A DNA stretch of 64,000 nt from Eledone cirrhosa (taxonomy: Eukaryota), in the NCBI GenBank assembly GCA_964016885.1, contig OZ024758.1:2046001-2110000 (forward strand), read 5' to 3'. The notes beneath the pieces are model-generated. The model had not been told where the DNA came from. It saw only the letters and a list, made by a program, of their open reading frames with translations, and did not search any database. Made by a program: the position numbers and the translations under genes. Of the stretch, positions 51,801-64,000 are shown piece after piece (position 1 is the stretch's first letter; the number at the start of each line of letters is the position of its first letter).

Positions 51801-54800
51801 ATTATTTTTATTATACTTAGGCTTGTTGCTGATTAAAATCATTGGCTTTTGATTTCAGATCCATTAGAACTGAGGAAGTATTGTGAAAAGAGATTTGAAT
51901 TCAAAAAAATTACAGTTAAAAAATTTAAGTAAGTAGTAAATTGCTGTTTAAAATCCAAGTACGTGATGGGATCAATAATTTAAGGTTGGGGGATTGGATA
52001 TTAAAAGGATATAGATTGAACTGTTGTGAGATATTGAAAGGATATAGATTGAACTGTTGTGAGATATTGAAAGGATATAGATTGAACTGTCGTGAGATTG
52101 GAGGGATATAGGTTGAACTGTTGTGAGATATTGGAAGGATATAGGTTGAATTGTTGTGAGATATTGGAAGGATATAGGTTGAACTGTTGTGAGATATTGG
52201 AAGGATATAGGTTGAACTGTTGTGAGATATTGAAAGGATATAGATTGAACTGTTGTGAGATATTGGAAGGATATAGGTTGAACTGTTGTGAGATATTGGA
52301 AGGATATAGGTTGAACTGTTGTGAGATATTGGAAGGATATAGGTTGAACTGTTGTGAGATATTGGAAGGATATAGATTGAACTGTTGTGAGATATTGGAG
52401 GGATATAGGTTGAACTGTTGTGAGATATTGGAAGGATATAGATTGAACTGTTGTGAGATATTGGAAGGATATAGGTTGAACTGTTGTGAGATATTGAAAG
52501 GATATAGATTGAACTGTTGTGAGATATTGGAAGGATATAGGTTGAACTGTTGTGAGATATTGGAAGGATATAGGTTGAACTGTTGTGAGATATTGGAAGG
52601 ATATAGGTTGAATTGTTGTGAGATATTGGAAGGATATAGGTTGAACTGTTGTGAGATATTGAAAGGATATAGATTGAACTGTTGTGAGATATTGGAAGGA
52701 TATAGATTGAATTGTTGTGAGATATTGGAAGGATATAGGTTGAACTGTTGTGAGATATTGGACTGATTCTTAGAAATCAACTTTATCATTGCCACTCCTT
52801 CGTGTAATTATATCTCTTACAGAACGTGGAAGGAAAGAAGACGTCACATGAGTTTAATGAAAAAACAGTCACGACCAGCTTTAGTAAGTAAATTTTATTG
52901 CATGTTTTTTTCAGGAAAGTCTGATGTAATTTACATTATTTTATTCCAGGTTTTCCATTGGATTGGATATATTTTCCTATTTGAATTACATAGTTCCCTA
53001 GGGTTGGTGATTTACACCATAGATACACTTCGTAGAGTAGAGAGGGCTCTCCAGTTGAGACAATGATAAACAACTTCTCTAGTGCTGGAACACAAAAATA
53101 CATCCAGTACAGTTAGAAAGATGGTTGGTTGGTTGGTTGGCAATGGGAAAGGCTCCCCTCTGTAGAAACTCCGCCAAAACGACTCTTCAGTGTCAATGGT
53201 GTGACAACCTCTCTAGTGTTGGTAACCTACATGATGTAAACACATCCACTACATGCTGTTAGGTGGTTGGTGATAGGAAGGGTTCCAGGCCATAGAAGGC
53301 TGGCCAAAGAAAGGGTTGTGGGGAGACCCTCTAGTTGTACCTAAGATATGACAACCTCTCTAGTATTGGAGATAGGAAGGGTACCCAGCCATAGAAGGCT
53401 GGCCAAACAAAGGGTTGGGAGGACCCTTCAGTTGTGTTAAAAATGACAACTTCTTTAGTTTGGTGATAGGAAAGGTATCCAGCCATAGGAAACCTGCCAA
53501 ACAATGGGTTGGTACGGACATGTGATGCACATGGATGCTGATCAATGAATGAAAAAGTACCAGGAAATCCCAGTGGATGGAAGCCACAGTAGAGGTAGAC
53601 CAAGAATGACCTAGGCAGAGGTGGTGAGAACTGACCTCAAATCACTGAGACTCAGAGGAGATATACAAAGGGGCGTGGAGGGATGCTGCACTTAGAAAGA
53701 CCCATCCAACGCATGCAACTCTGGAAAAACAGACGTAAAAACGATAATGATGAAGTTCATATAAGTGTTTGTGACAAAAAACATTCTTTTTATTAAATTT
53801 AAAGAATGGTTTTTTGTTTTCAAAACTAAGAAAATATATGGTATAGAAATTTGTGGTATGAGTATGGAAAATAAAACTTGAGTAACATGAAGTTTTAATG
53901 AATACTTTTGGTATTTATTTTTTTCTATTTACAGCCATCAAATACAAAACTAATAACTTGTCCTGTTCCTTCAAGCAAAGGTGATGATAAAGTAAATCGA
54001 CGTCGAGGTAAGCACTAAATATTCCAAGTTTTGTCTTTTCTAAAACACCATAGTTAGCATTCTGCTGTTATAAGTAAATATGAGAGATAGAGACTACGTA
54101 GAATGGAGAAGTTTAGGGCGCCCTCATACACAAACAATTAGAATACACAGCAAACCCCCCTCAATTTAACATATCAAAGTTAGCTTGGTACAAGTAATTG
54201 GAATTGAAAACTTATATACATATCATCATCATCTTCGTTTAACGTCCATCTTCCACGCTAGCATGGGTTAGACATATAGCTATTAAATTAAAAAATTCTA
54301 ACCATTCTAAAACTAAAAAGCCCAGCTGCGGGCACAAATATATTGCTACGGCCATTGTAGGTAGGGTTCCCCACACTGCAGGAGGTCCGGGGAAATTGCT
54401 CCCCTTAAATCTGGCCCTGAACGTAGGCAGTGACTTGCATTAAAAATATGTTAATAAGAAGGTTAAGGTGATTGTATTGTTCCACATAAATCTTGAATGT
54501 ATTGTCAGCTCTGCACATCATCATCATCATTTAATGACCATTTTCCACGCTAGCATGGGTTAGACAGGGTTGTCCCATTAGAGGCAAGTTGGGTTAGGTG
54601 ACTGTGTCTTGCTCATATAGAACGGTTTCTGGCTGGATTTCTATGGCGAGATGCCTTTCCTAATGCCAACCACATTTACAGTGTGTGTTGGGTACTTTTT
54701 GTTGTGACACCTACACAACCACTTTACAGTGTGGGCTGGGTGCTTTCTGTTGTGATACCTACACAACCACTTTACAGTGTGGGCTGGGTGTTTTCTGTTG

Positions 54801-57800
54801 TGATACCTACACAACCACTTTACAGTGTAGGCTGGGGGCTTTTTGTTGTGACATAAACCAATTTGAGTATTGATGTATGATAAACCAATTTGAGTATTGA
54901 TGTATGATTATTTTTTTGAATTTCAGAATTTGTATTAAACCCTAGTGGGAAGTCTTATGTATGTATACTTCATGAATATGTCCAACATACAATGCGGGTA
55001 CAACCACGATATATTTTTAGAGAAGTCGGTAAGTACTTGGGCTTTTTTATCCTTATTCTTGGCTTTTGTCATAATTATCCCTTTAGCATTTACATTAACA
55101 GTGGTAAGGGTGTTGGACTTAGAATCATAATGTTGTGGATTCGATTCCTGGGTTGCGTGTTGTGTTCTTGAACAAAATACTTATTTTCATGTTGCTCCAG
55201 TATACTCAGCTGAAAATGAGTACCATCAATAGCTGGGGGTTAACCCTGCGATGGACTGGCGTCCGGTCAAGGGGGAGTCTTGTACTCTGAGTTGTTTCAC
55301 GCCATGAAGCTGGGATAAGCCTCGGCCTAACGAGCCTTCTGGCTTAAGACAGACTTTAGATCTATATATATTATTGTATTTTTGTGGTAAAGGCTTTATC
55401 TTAAATAATTATCTCGCATAATATCGAATCTACGAGATTTTGATGTTATTTATTTATTTTGAGAACAATACCTTAACATCAGTATAAGTGGCCAGTTAGG
55501 GCTAGTTTGAACAGAAAGAGATGAGAGAATTCTGACCTGATACAACCAGTTTACATGCTAAAGGGTTAATGCTGTAAAATAAATGAAATGTAATGTGTTC
55601 TATTCCTTCTTAGTGTTGAATTCCATTAAATATTCTTTATTTCTATAGAAAATGCTCAAACTCCTTATAGTGCTACTATTGTGATAAATGATGTAGAGTA
55701 TGGTACAGGCTTTGCTGGAAGCAAGAAAGCTGCCAAAATGGAAGCAGGTGAGTTCACTCTAACAGTTCCAGTACTTTATATATACTATATATATACTATT
55801 GTATTTTCAAGGTAAAGGTTTTGTCTCATAATATCGAAGGTATGAGATTTTGATATTATTTATTTCAAATCCCGCTGAGGTTAACTTTGCCTTTCATCCT
55901 TACGGGGTTGATAAAATAAAGTACCAGTAATGCACTGGGGTACTTGCTGGCCTTGTGCCAAAAATAGAAACAATTATTTATTTTGAGAACAATATCTTAA
56001 CATCAGTATGAGTGGCTAGTTTAAACAGAAAGAGGTGAGAGAATTCTGGCTGGTTACGGCCAGTTTAAATGCTAAAAGTTTAACATTTATTTATATTTAC
56101 TTTGGTTGGACACGATTCTAAAATATCCTCTTTCCATTTCGATCACGTTCCTCAGTTGTTTACCTGAAAATCTGATTTGTTTTTTATTCTTGTTCCAGCG
56201 AAAGCAACATTGAAAGTGTTAATTCCTGAAATGAATAAGATGACAGAAGATAACAAAAGTTATGAATCTGAAGATCTGTCTGTAAGTAAATTCAAGTGTA
56301 ATAGATGATGATGATGACATTGTACTTGAGTATAAGACAGTCATGGGCAACCTGCGGCTCGCGAAGCTTTCTGAATGGCTCGCCTAAGTCACCTAAGTGA
56401 AATCTTTCTGGTATTTTTTACCCCAACTTTTCAGTCGTAATTTATCTTTCTATCATTTTTACGATCGAGGAAAACGTGTACGAATTCTGAAGAAACAAAT
56501 CAAAACAACCTGAGTTTCTGCCCTTTTTTTTAATGTGGGCACGAATGTAAATTACCGCTTATGGCCCGTCTGATGATGAGCCATATCCCATATAGCCCAC
56601 CTGATGATGAGCCATATCTCATGTGGCCCGCCTGATGATGAGCCATATCTCATGTGCCCCACTTCTTGAAAAAGGTTACCCATGCCTGGTATAAGACTCG
56701 AGCATCCTACAATGATTTCTCCTCTCTCTATCTCTCTTTTTAACGGTTCGTCCTAATATTACATTTTTTGAAGTCGTTTAACATCAAAAATTCTACTTTC
56801 AGTTTTTTGATGAAATAAAAATAGAAGATCCACGTGTCTATGAACTTTGTAATAAAGCTGGACAGCCGACACCTTATCAAATCCTATTAGAATGTCTTCG
56901 CAGGTTAGTATTGGGTTTCAGTGAGAGGAAAACTTTATTTTAAAGACATATTCTGGGGATGAGAGATAAATATTTCATTTATTGGTTTCTGATTTAGGCA
57001 CAAGCCCAACAATTTTGGGGGAAAGGGAAAGTCTCTTATCTCCTTCATTACATAACACACATATTAGATGAAAGTTTTGTCTCTTATCCTCATATCATTA
57101 CACACTTTAGATGAAAGTTTTATCTCCCTCATTATATTACACATATTAGATGAAAGTTTTATCTCCTTTATTATATTACACAAATTAGATGAAAGCTTTG
57201 TCTCCCTCATTGCATTACATATTAGATGAAAGCGATATCTCCTTCATATCATTACACATACATTAGAAAGTTTCATTGAGCTTTTCTGTAATGTTATATG
57301 TACTTGCTACATATTTTTTACTCTTTGATCTGTTGTACATAAAATATTTTTTCACAATGCCAAAAATTGGATAAGTTTACAAATTTGAATATTTGCATAA
57401 TAATTTAAATTGCTTCTGAATTATATTTGTGGTTAGAACGTAATTCTTCAATTGAAATCTTACCTATAGATGCTAAATTTGGTTTTGTAGTTTTAAGTTT
57501 TCATATGAACTTGTCTGACATTGTCTTTCTATATACAAGACTTCTTGTTTTTAGTTCTATTTAAATCAATGCCTTTCATTATAATTTAAAGTAAGAACCT
57601 TTTATGGAAGGACCTTTCATTTAAGAATATCTTGACCATTCTAGGAATTATGGCATGGGAGACACACAGTGTCAAATGGAAATGAAGACTCTGAAACATC
57701 AAAAAAGTGAATTTACTATGACTGTTGGAAAGCATAAAGCATCAGTAAGTTTAGTTTCTGTGTATTTAAGCAAACAGCCTCGTTACACTATGTGGTTTAG

Positions 57801-60800
57801 ATGACCCATCACCATCCTTTTACTCGGTGTGCAAATTAGCTGATGTATACTTTAGATCAGGGGCATGCAACAGGCAGCCCGCAGGCCACAGACTGGTCAG
57901 AGTGGCCCTTTTAATTTTTACCTTGTAGGCTTATTTAGAATTTTTTTCGTAACTGTAATACAATTTTATATATATATATATATATATATACATACATACA
58001 TACATACACACGTGTTTGAAATAGTGTCATATATATATATATATATGGTTGAATGTGTCATATATATACTGGAATGACTGCTTGGGTATTCAGCTGAAAC
58101 TCATCTTGTGAACTGTAGTTTGTCCTATATTGGGACTTAGGCAAGAGGTATATATCATCATTTTACATTTGCTTTTTCCTGCTTGCAAATGGGGGATGGG
58201 TGCTCTTCAGCACAGCATCTCTCTATTTGTTACAGTCCTTCATCTCCTCTGTGCTTCATCGATCTGAGATCAGCTCTTACAACCTCCAGCCATGTTTTTC
58301 ATGGTATATATATATCATCATCATCATCTTCGTTTAACGTCCATTTTCCACGCTAGCATGGGTTAGACTATATATATATATGTAAAAGGTAAACAGAAAT
58401 AACAACACAATCGGTACAGTATATGGAAGGGATATATTAGGTTAACGCTTGAAATAGCAGGAAGAGGGTCTTAACGTTTCGGAAAGAATGAGAAATAAGA
58501 TAGATTGAGGGGACGGGCAGGTTGGAATTGGAAAAAATATCTTTAGATAAAAATAACAGGTCCATTCACAAACGTGGTTGAATAAGTGTCATATACACAT
58601 GATTGATTGAATAAATGTTATATATATATGTGTGTGTGGTAGAATGTCTGGTAAAAACGGAAAGCACTCAATATAGATTTAAATGTATAAACAAGGAAGT
58701 AAATATGATTTAGGATTTATATTTTATATAACTCTATTAACATTTCTTACTAATTGAATTGTTATATCTCCATTAGGTTGTATGTAAAAATAAACGAGAA
58801 GGAAAACAACAAGCTGCCCAGGCTATCTTGCAGGTATGTCTCACAGGTTCTATTTCTTTAGAGGAATCACTTTCCTTTTTTTCATCAGTAATAAGTCATT
58901 TGTTTTTATTTCATTTTTAAAAGTTGATGCAAAACTTCTATCAAAATATATTTTATAAATATTACAGATGACAGCTGCCCCTCTTCATATCAACTTGTCA
59001 AATCCCACATCCACATCATTCTTGTCCATCTAAAATCCTTCTTCATAATCTCACTTCTAAACACATGTGCATTCCTTCTCCCAGGACAGAAAGGACCCTT
59101 TGGTCAAGTCAATGACCGACAACAACTCCTTCCTCATAATCTCACTTCTGAACACATGTACATTGGTGAAAATATTGACCTCGAATATAAGCTGGCGCCT
59201 CTCCACATCCTTACCATCAATTATTTTGTATCATATATTTCAGGACACCAGTCTATCGCAGGGTTAAACTCCCAGTTATATTCAAGTAGATAGTATAATT
59301 TAGTGTACTAGGAGTTATTTATATTGTACACCTGAGTAATCTCTCAAATATTTTTATTTAACCACAGATATTGAAATATTTTATGTATTTTTCTAGCGTC
59401 TCCATCCACATATTACCAGTTGGGGCTCTTTATTACGACTTTATGGTCGAATTTCATTCAAAATAATCCGAGAAAAGAAAGTAAGACCTTTTTTATTTTT
59501 CATATTTTATGTTTTTATAATTTTCTTAACCCTTCATCATTTACATTACTCCATATTTACTATTGTATCTTCATGGTAAAGGTTTTATCTCGCATGATTT
59601 TCTCACATAATATCAAATCTTTGAGATTTTGATGTTATTTATTTTGAGAACAACACCTTAACATCAGTATGGGTGTCCAATTACAGTCAGCTTGAACAGA
59701 AAGAGGTGAGGTTTTCTATTTAACATTTCTATCATTTGATCCAGTAATATATATTTCTTTACATTGTTCCCTGTCAGGAAGAAGAACAGAGTATTACCGA
59801 GTTACAGTCTCAGGCGAAGTCTAACAAACCTAATACTGCAGTGTTAGAGAAACTCAGAGAAGAAATGCGTAAAATTAAATTACAAAGGGTCAGTATTTTT
59901 AGAATTCTCAAAATATTTGGTTTTGTTTGAAATTCACTTTTATAACGGCTTCTTATCTATGTCTATTAATTAGTGATAACTTTATTTAAAGTACCAGTAA
60001 TGCACTAGGATAATTGCTGGCCTTGTGCCAAAAGTTGAAACAATTATTACATACAAGGGCGGTGGATTAGTTACGGCTCTTTGAGGTCTGAGTTCAAATC
60101 CCGTCGAGGTCTACTTTGCCTTTTATCCTTACGGAGTCGATAAAATAAAGCACCAGTAATGCACTGGGGTAATTGCTGGCCTTGTGCCAAAAATAGAAAT
60201 AATACTGGTAGTGTCAAACACCATGCTTTGCGGCATAGAGTTGCGGCCCTTTACGTTCTGAGTTCAAATCATGTCGGGGTTAGCTTTGCCTTTCATCCTT
60301 ATGAGGCCGATAAATAAAGCACCAGTAATGTACTGGGGTCAATTGAATCAACTTTCCCCTTCTATTCAAATTGCTGTCCTTGTGCCTATAGCCGAAACAA
60401 TTATTACATCCATTAGTAATACACATGATGTCAGCTATGAATATATATTAGAGCTTCATTGCCAGATACACTGTTGCCATCTTTCTTACTATATTCGTCA
60501 AAGCATGGCGTCTGACTCTCTACCGATACTGCCAATCCCGCCTTATCAGCCTAATCCCGTAGGATTATCAGCTTATTCCTACATTGGTATTATGTATAAA
60601 ATAATATGTAGGAATAAGCTGATAATCCATTTCTACACTGCAATGCCAACTTTATCTTCCACAAAACATCTACCATTTCTATATAACTCAGAGTGTGATG
60701 GAGTTGCATGGCATCCTCAAATGTTTTTCTTCTTTTTGTTAATTAAAATCTGTTTTCTTTTGCAGGAATCCATCAAATCAAGAGGGAAGTTGAGACTCGA

Positions 60801-60843
60801 ATCAGCCGTTCCTGTAGGAAATGTGTCAGGACTTGATCTCTGA
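48305..60843 (+). CDS. DGCR8: Microprocessor complex subunit DGCR8 / Pasha, 16 coding exons, ~680 aa
   Basis: Exons join in frame (2043 nt). WW motif [34 protein letters not shown]; heme-ligand motif IPCLHY; dsRBD1 [13 protein letters not shown]...[14 protein letters not shown]; dsRBD2 [14 protein letters not shown]...[33 protein letters not shown]; C-terminal [16 protein letters not shown]. Confidence 0.97.
49497..49639 (+). CDS. DGCR8: DGCR8 coding exon 2 (WW motif)
   Basis: [47 protein letters not shown]. Confidence 0.96.
50248..50416 (+). CDS. DGCR8: DGCR8 coding exon 3 (heme-ligand Cys)
   Basis: [23 protein letters not shown]... Confidence 0.94.
51226..51375 (+). CDS. DGCR8: DGCR8 coding exon 4
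   Basis: FPATSENDS...[16 protein letters not shown]. Confidence 0.9.
51584..51790. mobile_element. piggyBac-type MITE (~210 bp). At least 15 full or partial copies, e.g. 110-437, 6430-6668, 9976-10388, 10700-10976, 11280-11436, 19338-19565, 41115-41400, 43628-43767, 55077-55569, 55780-56083, 59527-59710, 63590-63887
   Basis: TIR CCCTTTAGCATTTA ... TAAATGCTAAAGGG flanked by TTAA target sites. Confidence 0.8.
51859..51928 (+). CDS. DGCR8: DGCR8 coding exon 5
   Basis: [22 protein letters not shown]. Confidence 0.93.
52003..52761. repeat. Minisatellite, 33-bp unit, in DGCR8 intron
   Basis: GAAGGATATAGGTTGAACTGTTGTGAGATATTG, about 23 copies. Confidence 0.97.
52823..52883 (+). CDS. DGCR8: DGCR8 coding exon 6
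   Basis: [20 protein letters not shown]. Confidence 0.92.
53935..54007 (+). CDS. DGCR8: DGCR8 coding exon 7
   Basis: [24 protein letters not shown]. Confidence 0.92.
54927..55028 (+). CDS. DGCR8: DGCR8 coding exon 8 (dsRBD1 start)
   Basis: [33 protein letters not shown]. Confidence 0.95.
55100..55358 (+). mobile_element. tRNA-derived SINE with CORE/Meta-like domain, nested in a piggyBac-type MITE (relatives at 45159-45405, 62411-62690)
   Basis: tRNA-like head, GTTGTGTTCTTGAACAAAATACTT...ACTCAGCTGAAAATGAGTACC, CCCTGCGATGGACTGGCGTCC. Confidence 0.7.
55649..55747 (+). CDS. DGCR8: DGCR8 coding exon 9
   Basis: [32 protein letters not shown]. Confidence 0.95.
56199..56281 (+). CDS. DGCR8: DGCR8 coding exon 10
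   Basis: [27 protein letters not shown]. Confidence 0.93.
56338..56688. mobile_element. hAT-type MITE
   Basis: TIR CAGTCATGGGCAACCT / AGGTTACCCATGCCTG; 8-bp TSD GTATAAGA; three internal ~31-bp subterminal repeats. Confidence 0.88.
56803..56903 (+). CDS. DGCR8: DGCR8 coding exon 11
   Basis: [33 protein letters not shown]. Confidence 0.95.
57035..57275. repeat. Degenerate ~38-bp tandem repeat
   Basis: ATTAGATGAAAGTTTTATCTCCCTCATTATATTACAC-like units. Confidence 0.8.
57645..57744 (+). CDS. DGCR8: DGCR8 coding exon 12 (dsRBD2)
   Basis: [33 protein letters not shown]. Confidence 0.94.
58777..58833 (+). CDS. DGCR8: DGCR8 coding exon 13
   Basis: [19 protein letters not shown]. Confidence 0.94.
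59397..59480 (+). CDS. DGCR8: DGCR8 coding exon 14
   Basis: [28 protein letters not shown]. Confidence 0.95.
59778..59888 (+). CDS. DGCR8: DGCR8 coding exon 15 (C-terminal tail)
   Basis: [37 protein letters not shown]. Confidence 0.94.
60766..60843 (+). CDS. DGCR8: DGCR8 terminal coding exon
   Basis: Strong TTTTGCAG acceptor, [25 protein letters not shown] then TGA. Confidence 0.85.
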   Translation, partial: ESIKSRGKLRLESAVPVGNVSGLDL

Positions 60844-61421
60844 TTCTAGCTTTACACATCTTTGCTAACTTATGCTATCAATGCACTTAAAACAATTTCT
60901 ATTATGTTTCCAATTTTATTGCTTGTAGTCAATCGTTTCTCTCTCTCTCTCTTTCACACACACACACATGCCCATACCCTCTCGCTCTCTTTTTCACACT
61001 CATTCACACACACATGCACTCATACACATATGCTTACTCTTTTCCACATTCATTCACACACACACACAATGCTCACACCCTCTTAACACCGACTTTGGCT
61101 TAAATGTTGTTTGAAGAATAGAACTATTGAGTCAATAACTTGGTGATATTCCATTTCTACACTAATACCAACCTGATCTTCCACAAAAACCATCTACCAT
61201 TTCTATATAACCTTACAGTATGATTGAATTGTATGGAATCCTCAAATGTTTTTCTTTTTTTTTATGTGTGGCTGGGTGGGGGTTACTTTAAGGAACTGGC
61301 TACATTTAGTCCGTTTCTGGAAAAAAATTCTCTTTAAATTTCCAATGTCTTGCACTCTAGACATGAATTATTTGCATAGAACTGTTTATCTCAAAATGCA
61401 GTAAGAAATTACACTCTACCC

Positions 61422-61728
61422 CAGGCATGTCAAACATGTGGCCCTGTAAAGCACAATGTGGTCTGCACAAAGTTTTTACGTCGCGAGTGTAATATACAAT
61501 GAAAAAAATTAGTTGTAATGTAAGCAATTAGTTATGTGTGGCCCTCAGACAACACATATGTGACCCATGTGGCCCTCGGACAACACATATGTGACCCATG
61601 TGGCCCTCGGACAACACATATGTGACCCATGTGGCCCTCAGACAACACGTATGTGACCCATGTGGCCCTCAGACAACACGTATGTGACCCATGTGGCCCT
61701 CGGGGGCACCTTCAGTTTGACATGCCTG
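61422..61728. mobile_element. hAT-type MITE with internal 31-bp tandem repeat (relative at 50912-51077)
   Basis: TIR CAGGCATGTCAAAC / GTTTGACATGCCTG; 8-bp TSD CTCTACCC. Confidence 0.88.
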
Positions 61729-62741
61729 CTCTACCCTACATGTCATTTATTTAATTGCATTTACATTTACACCGCATCACTTCAATTTGAGGTGTATATT
61801 CTATACAATGTCTATGTCGATGTATGTAGCTTGCCGTCCTTTCGTTATCGTTGACTGAAGACGGACAGATGTTTCATTTTGATGAACCTTACTCTCGACT
61901 TTTATATTTGCCATCAGAGGATAAGATCCTTAACCTTTAACACGCTCTAGGCGACAGCAGTAATCTCCCCCTTAAAACATGTGATGTCAAGGGAAGCAAT
62001 TCATAAGGTAACTGGCGTGCTAAAGGTTAATGTCCAATTGTTAATCTCCACCACTCCCTCCCTTTCACCTCATCTTCTCATTTTGTGTGCTCCTATTAAC
62101 GATATACTACAGAATAAGTGGATGGAAATTTTAATGTGATAAACCAGGCTCTGCTTCTTACTCCATGCCACCCTCACGTTCATCTTATTACTGACATGGC
62201 ACACCCATATACACAGGTAGTTACCCCAGCCATTAGCTCACCTGAATAACATGAACCGAGCAAAAATTGAAGTTAAAATGATATAGCCTTCTCATCATTT
62301 CTACCATGTATGTGTTATGTACAATACACATATTCTGTATAAACTCAGTATTATCAGATTGATGTTAATTTTTGTTAAAGTTATCTCTTATTAAAAGGTA
62401 AATGCAAAACTGGCGCATGGCTTAGTGGTTAGGGCATTGGGCTTACAATCAGAAGGTTGTGTCCTTGAGCAAGACAGTTTATTTCATGTTGCTCCAGTTT
62501 ACTCAGCTGTGGTGTCAAGATGTATCGGCCATTTCCTTTCCCTTGGACATCATCAGTGGCTTGGAGAAGGGAGGCTGGTATGTATGGGTGACTGCTGGTC
62601 TTCCACAAACAAACTTGCCCAGACTTGTGCCTCAGAGGGGAACTTTCTAGGTGCAAATGCCATGGTCATTCGTGACCTACAAGACTGGTTGAATTTTCAA
62701 AGCAGATATATTTTATGATGGGATAACTCCTTAATATTCCA

Positions 62742-62778
<37 letters not shown>

Positions 62779-63011
62779 ATCGATCAACAAGATCCCAGAC
62801 CTCACTCACTTGTTAAGTGGGGTGGACCTCGTCAAATCGGATCAAGGAAACAATGCTGATACTATCTACTTGTCGCAACTCCTGGCAGAAGGAGTAACGT
62901 GAAATAAATTGTCTTGCTCAAGGACACAACACATCACCCAGTCCAAGAATTGAACCACTTAGCCACGTGTCTTCACAAATTGTAGTATATATATATATGT
63001 GTGTGTGTGTC

Positions 63012-63044
<33 letters not shown>

Positions 63045-64000
63045 ACCAAATAAAGAGAGATAGAAAGAGCCAAATATCGCACAAGAAACATGGCTCTACC
63101 CTTGCAAGCAGGGAAACGCGGACGTAAAATAATGATGATGATGATATCTCTTTATTTGGTTATTATGACTCTAGATAAAGTCTACTAAGCTTGCTTATTG
63201 AGAAACACAAAATTCTAAACATATTTGATATGTTTTGATTCATTATTTGTGTGTGTGTAGTATATATATATGTGTGTGTGTGTGTGTAGTATGTATATGT
63301 GTAGTGTGTGTGTGTGAACCACTATTGTTATATATATTCAAAAGTCTATTATTCCTTATATAAATCTTGACTCAGATATTTAAAAAAATGTTCAAATTTC
63401 TTTGTATAGAAATTTCATGAGATGTTATATAGCAGATTGTTTAGTTGGGATTATATTTGTTGCTCCTGTAGTGTGGCTATGATTCTGGTATTCTCTTTGA
63501 AGTGTTATGCCTGATCTAACCAGCGTTGGTTTCAGTATTTTGTCACAGATCTTCCATGCTTTTCATTTTTGTGTGTCAGGAATCAGGATTTAACCCTTTA
63601 GCATTTATATTACTCTTTATATACTGTTCTATTTTCACAGTAAAGGCTTTATCTTACATAATTATCTCACGTAACATATACATTACTCTATATATACTGT
63701 TGTATTTTCTCAGAAAAGGCTTTATCTTACATAATTATGTTACATAATATCGTATCTATGAGATTTTGATATTAATTATTTTGAGAACAATACCTTAACA
63801 TCATGAGTAGCCTGTTACACCTGGTTTGAACAGAAAGAAGTGAGAGAATTCTGGCCAGATATGGCCAGTTTAAATGCTAAAGAGTTATGTTGAAAGTACC
63901 GTCACAGATATATTTTCTCCCTAAATTTAATTATTCTCATCTTGAATGTTATACCACTTCCATGTCTTTTTATTAGATAAGTTCAATATCCACAATATTG

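Noticed and set aside
52001-52795. 264-aa and 224-aa ORFs on opposite strands
   Set aside because: They arise from a 33-bp intronic minisatellite whose unit is a multiple of 3 with no stops in those frames; no coding evidence.
56570-56650. Repeated CTGATGATGAG motifs suggesting a snoRNA or ribozyme
   Set aside because: They are subterminal repeats inside a hAT MITE with TIRs and a TSD.
58478-58492. CGAAACGTTAAG (- strand) Penelope-type hammerhead fragment
   Set aside because: The CUGANGA half is missing; too short to support.

Overview
AT-rich, repeat-dense, intron-rich animal genomic DNA. An octopod cephalopod is my inference from the SINE, RTE and MITE landscape; it is not proven. Two protein-coding genes are transcribed divergently. 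RAD50 lies on the - strand: ATG at 24026, 28 coding exons traced by hand through the Walker A motif and the CCPLC zinc hook, running off the left edge. DGCR8/Pasha lies on the + strand: 16 coding exons at 48305-60843, about 680 aa, with WW/heme domain, two dsRBDs and C-terminal tail. Between them are tRNA-Gln(CTG), an intron-containing tRNA-Leu(CAA), a decayed RTE LINE, a mariner remnant and a 200-N gap. The main hunt result is in the ~8 kb upstream of the DGCR8 ATG. Several splice-site-bounded, exon-like non-coding segments there each carry a long stem-loop, and the best one has a basal UG and a CNNC at Microprocessor spacing. This suggests a multi-hairpin Microprocessor autoregulatory leader or an embedded miRNA cluster. 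Also notable: a foldback DNA transposon (GG termini, 8-bp TSD) carrying histone-mRNA 3' stem-loops with no histone gene, and two covarying but degenerate hammerhead-like motifs. All folds and alignments were done by eye.
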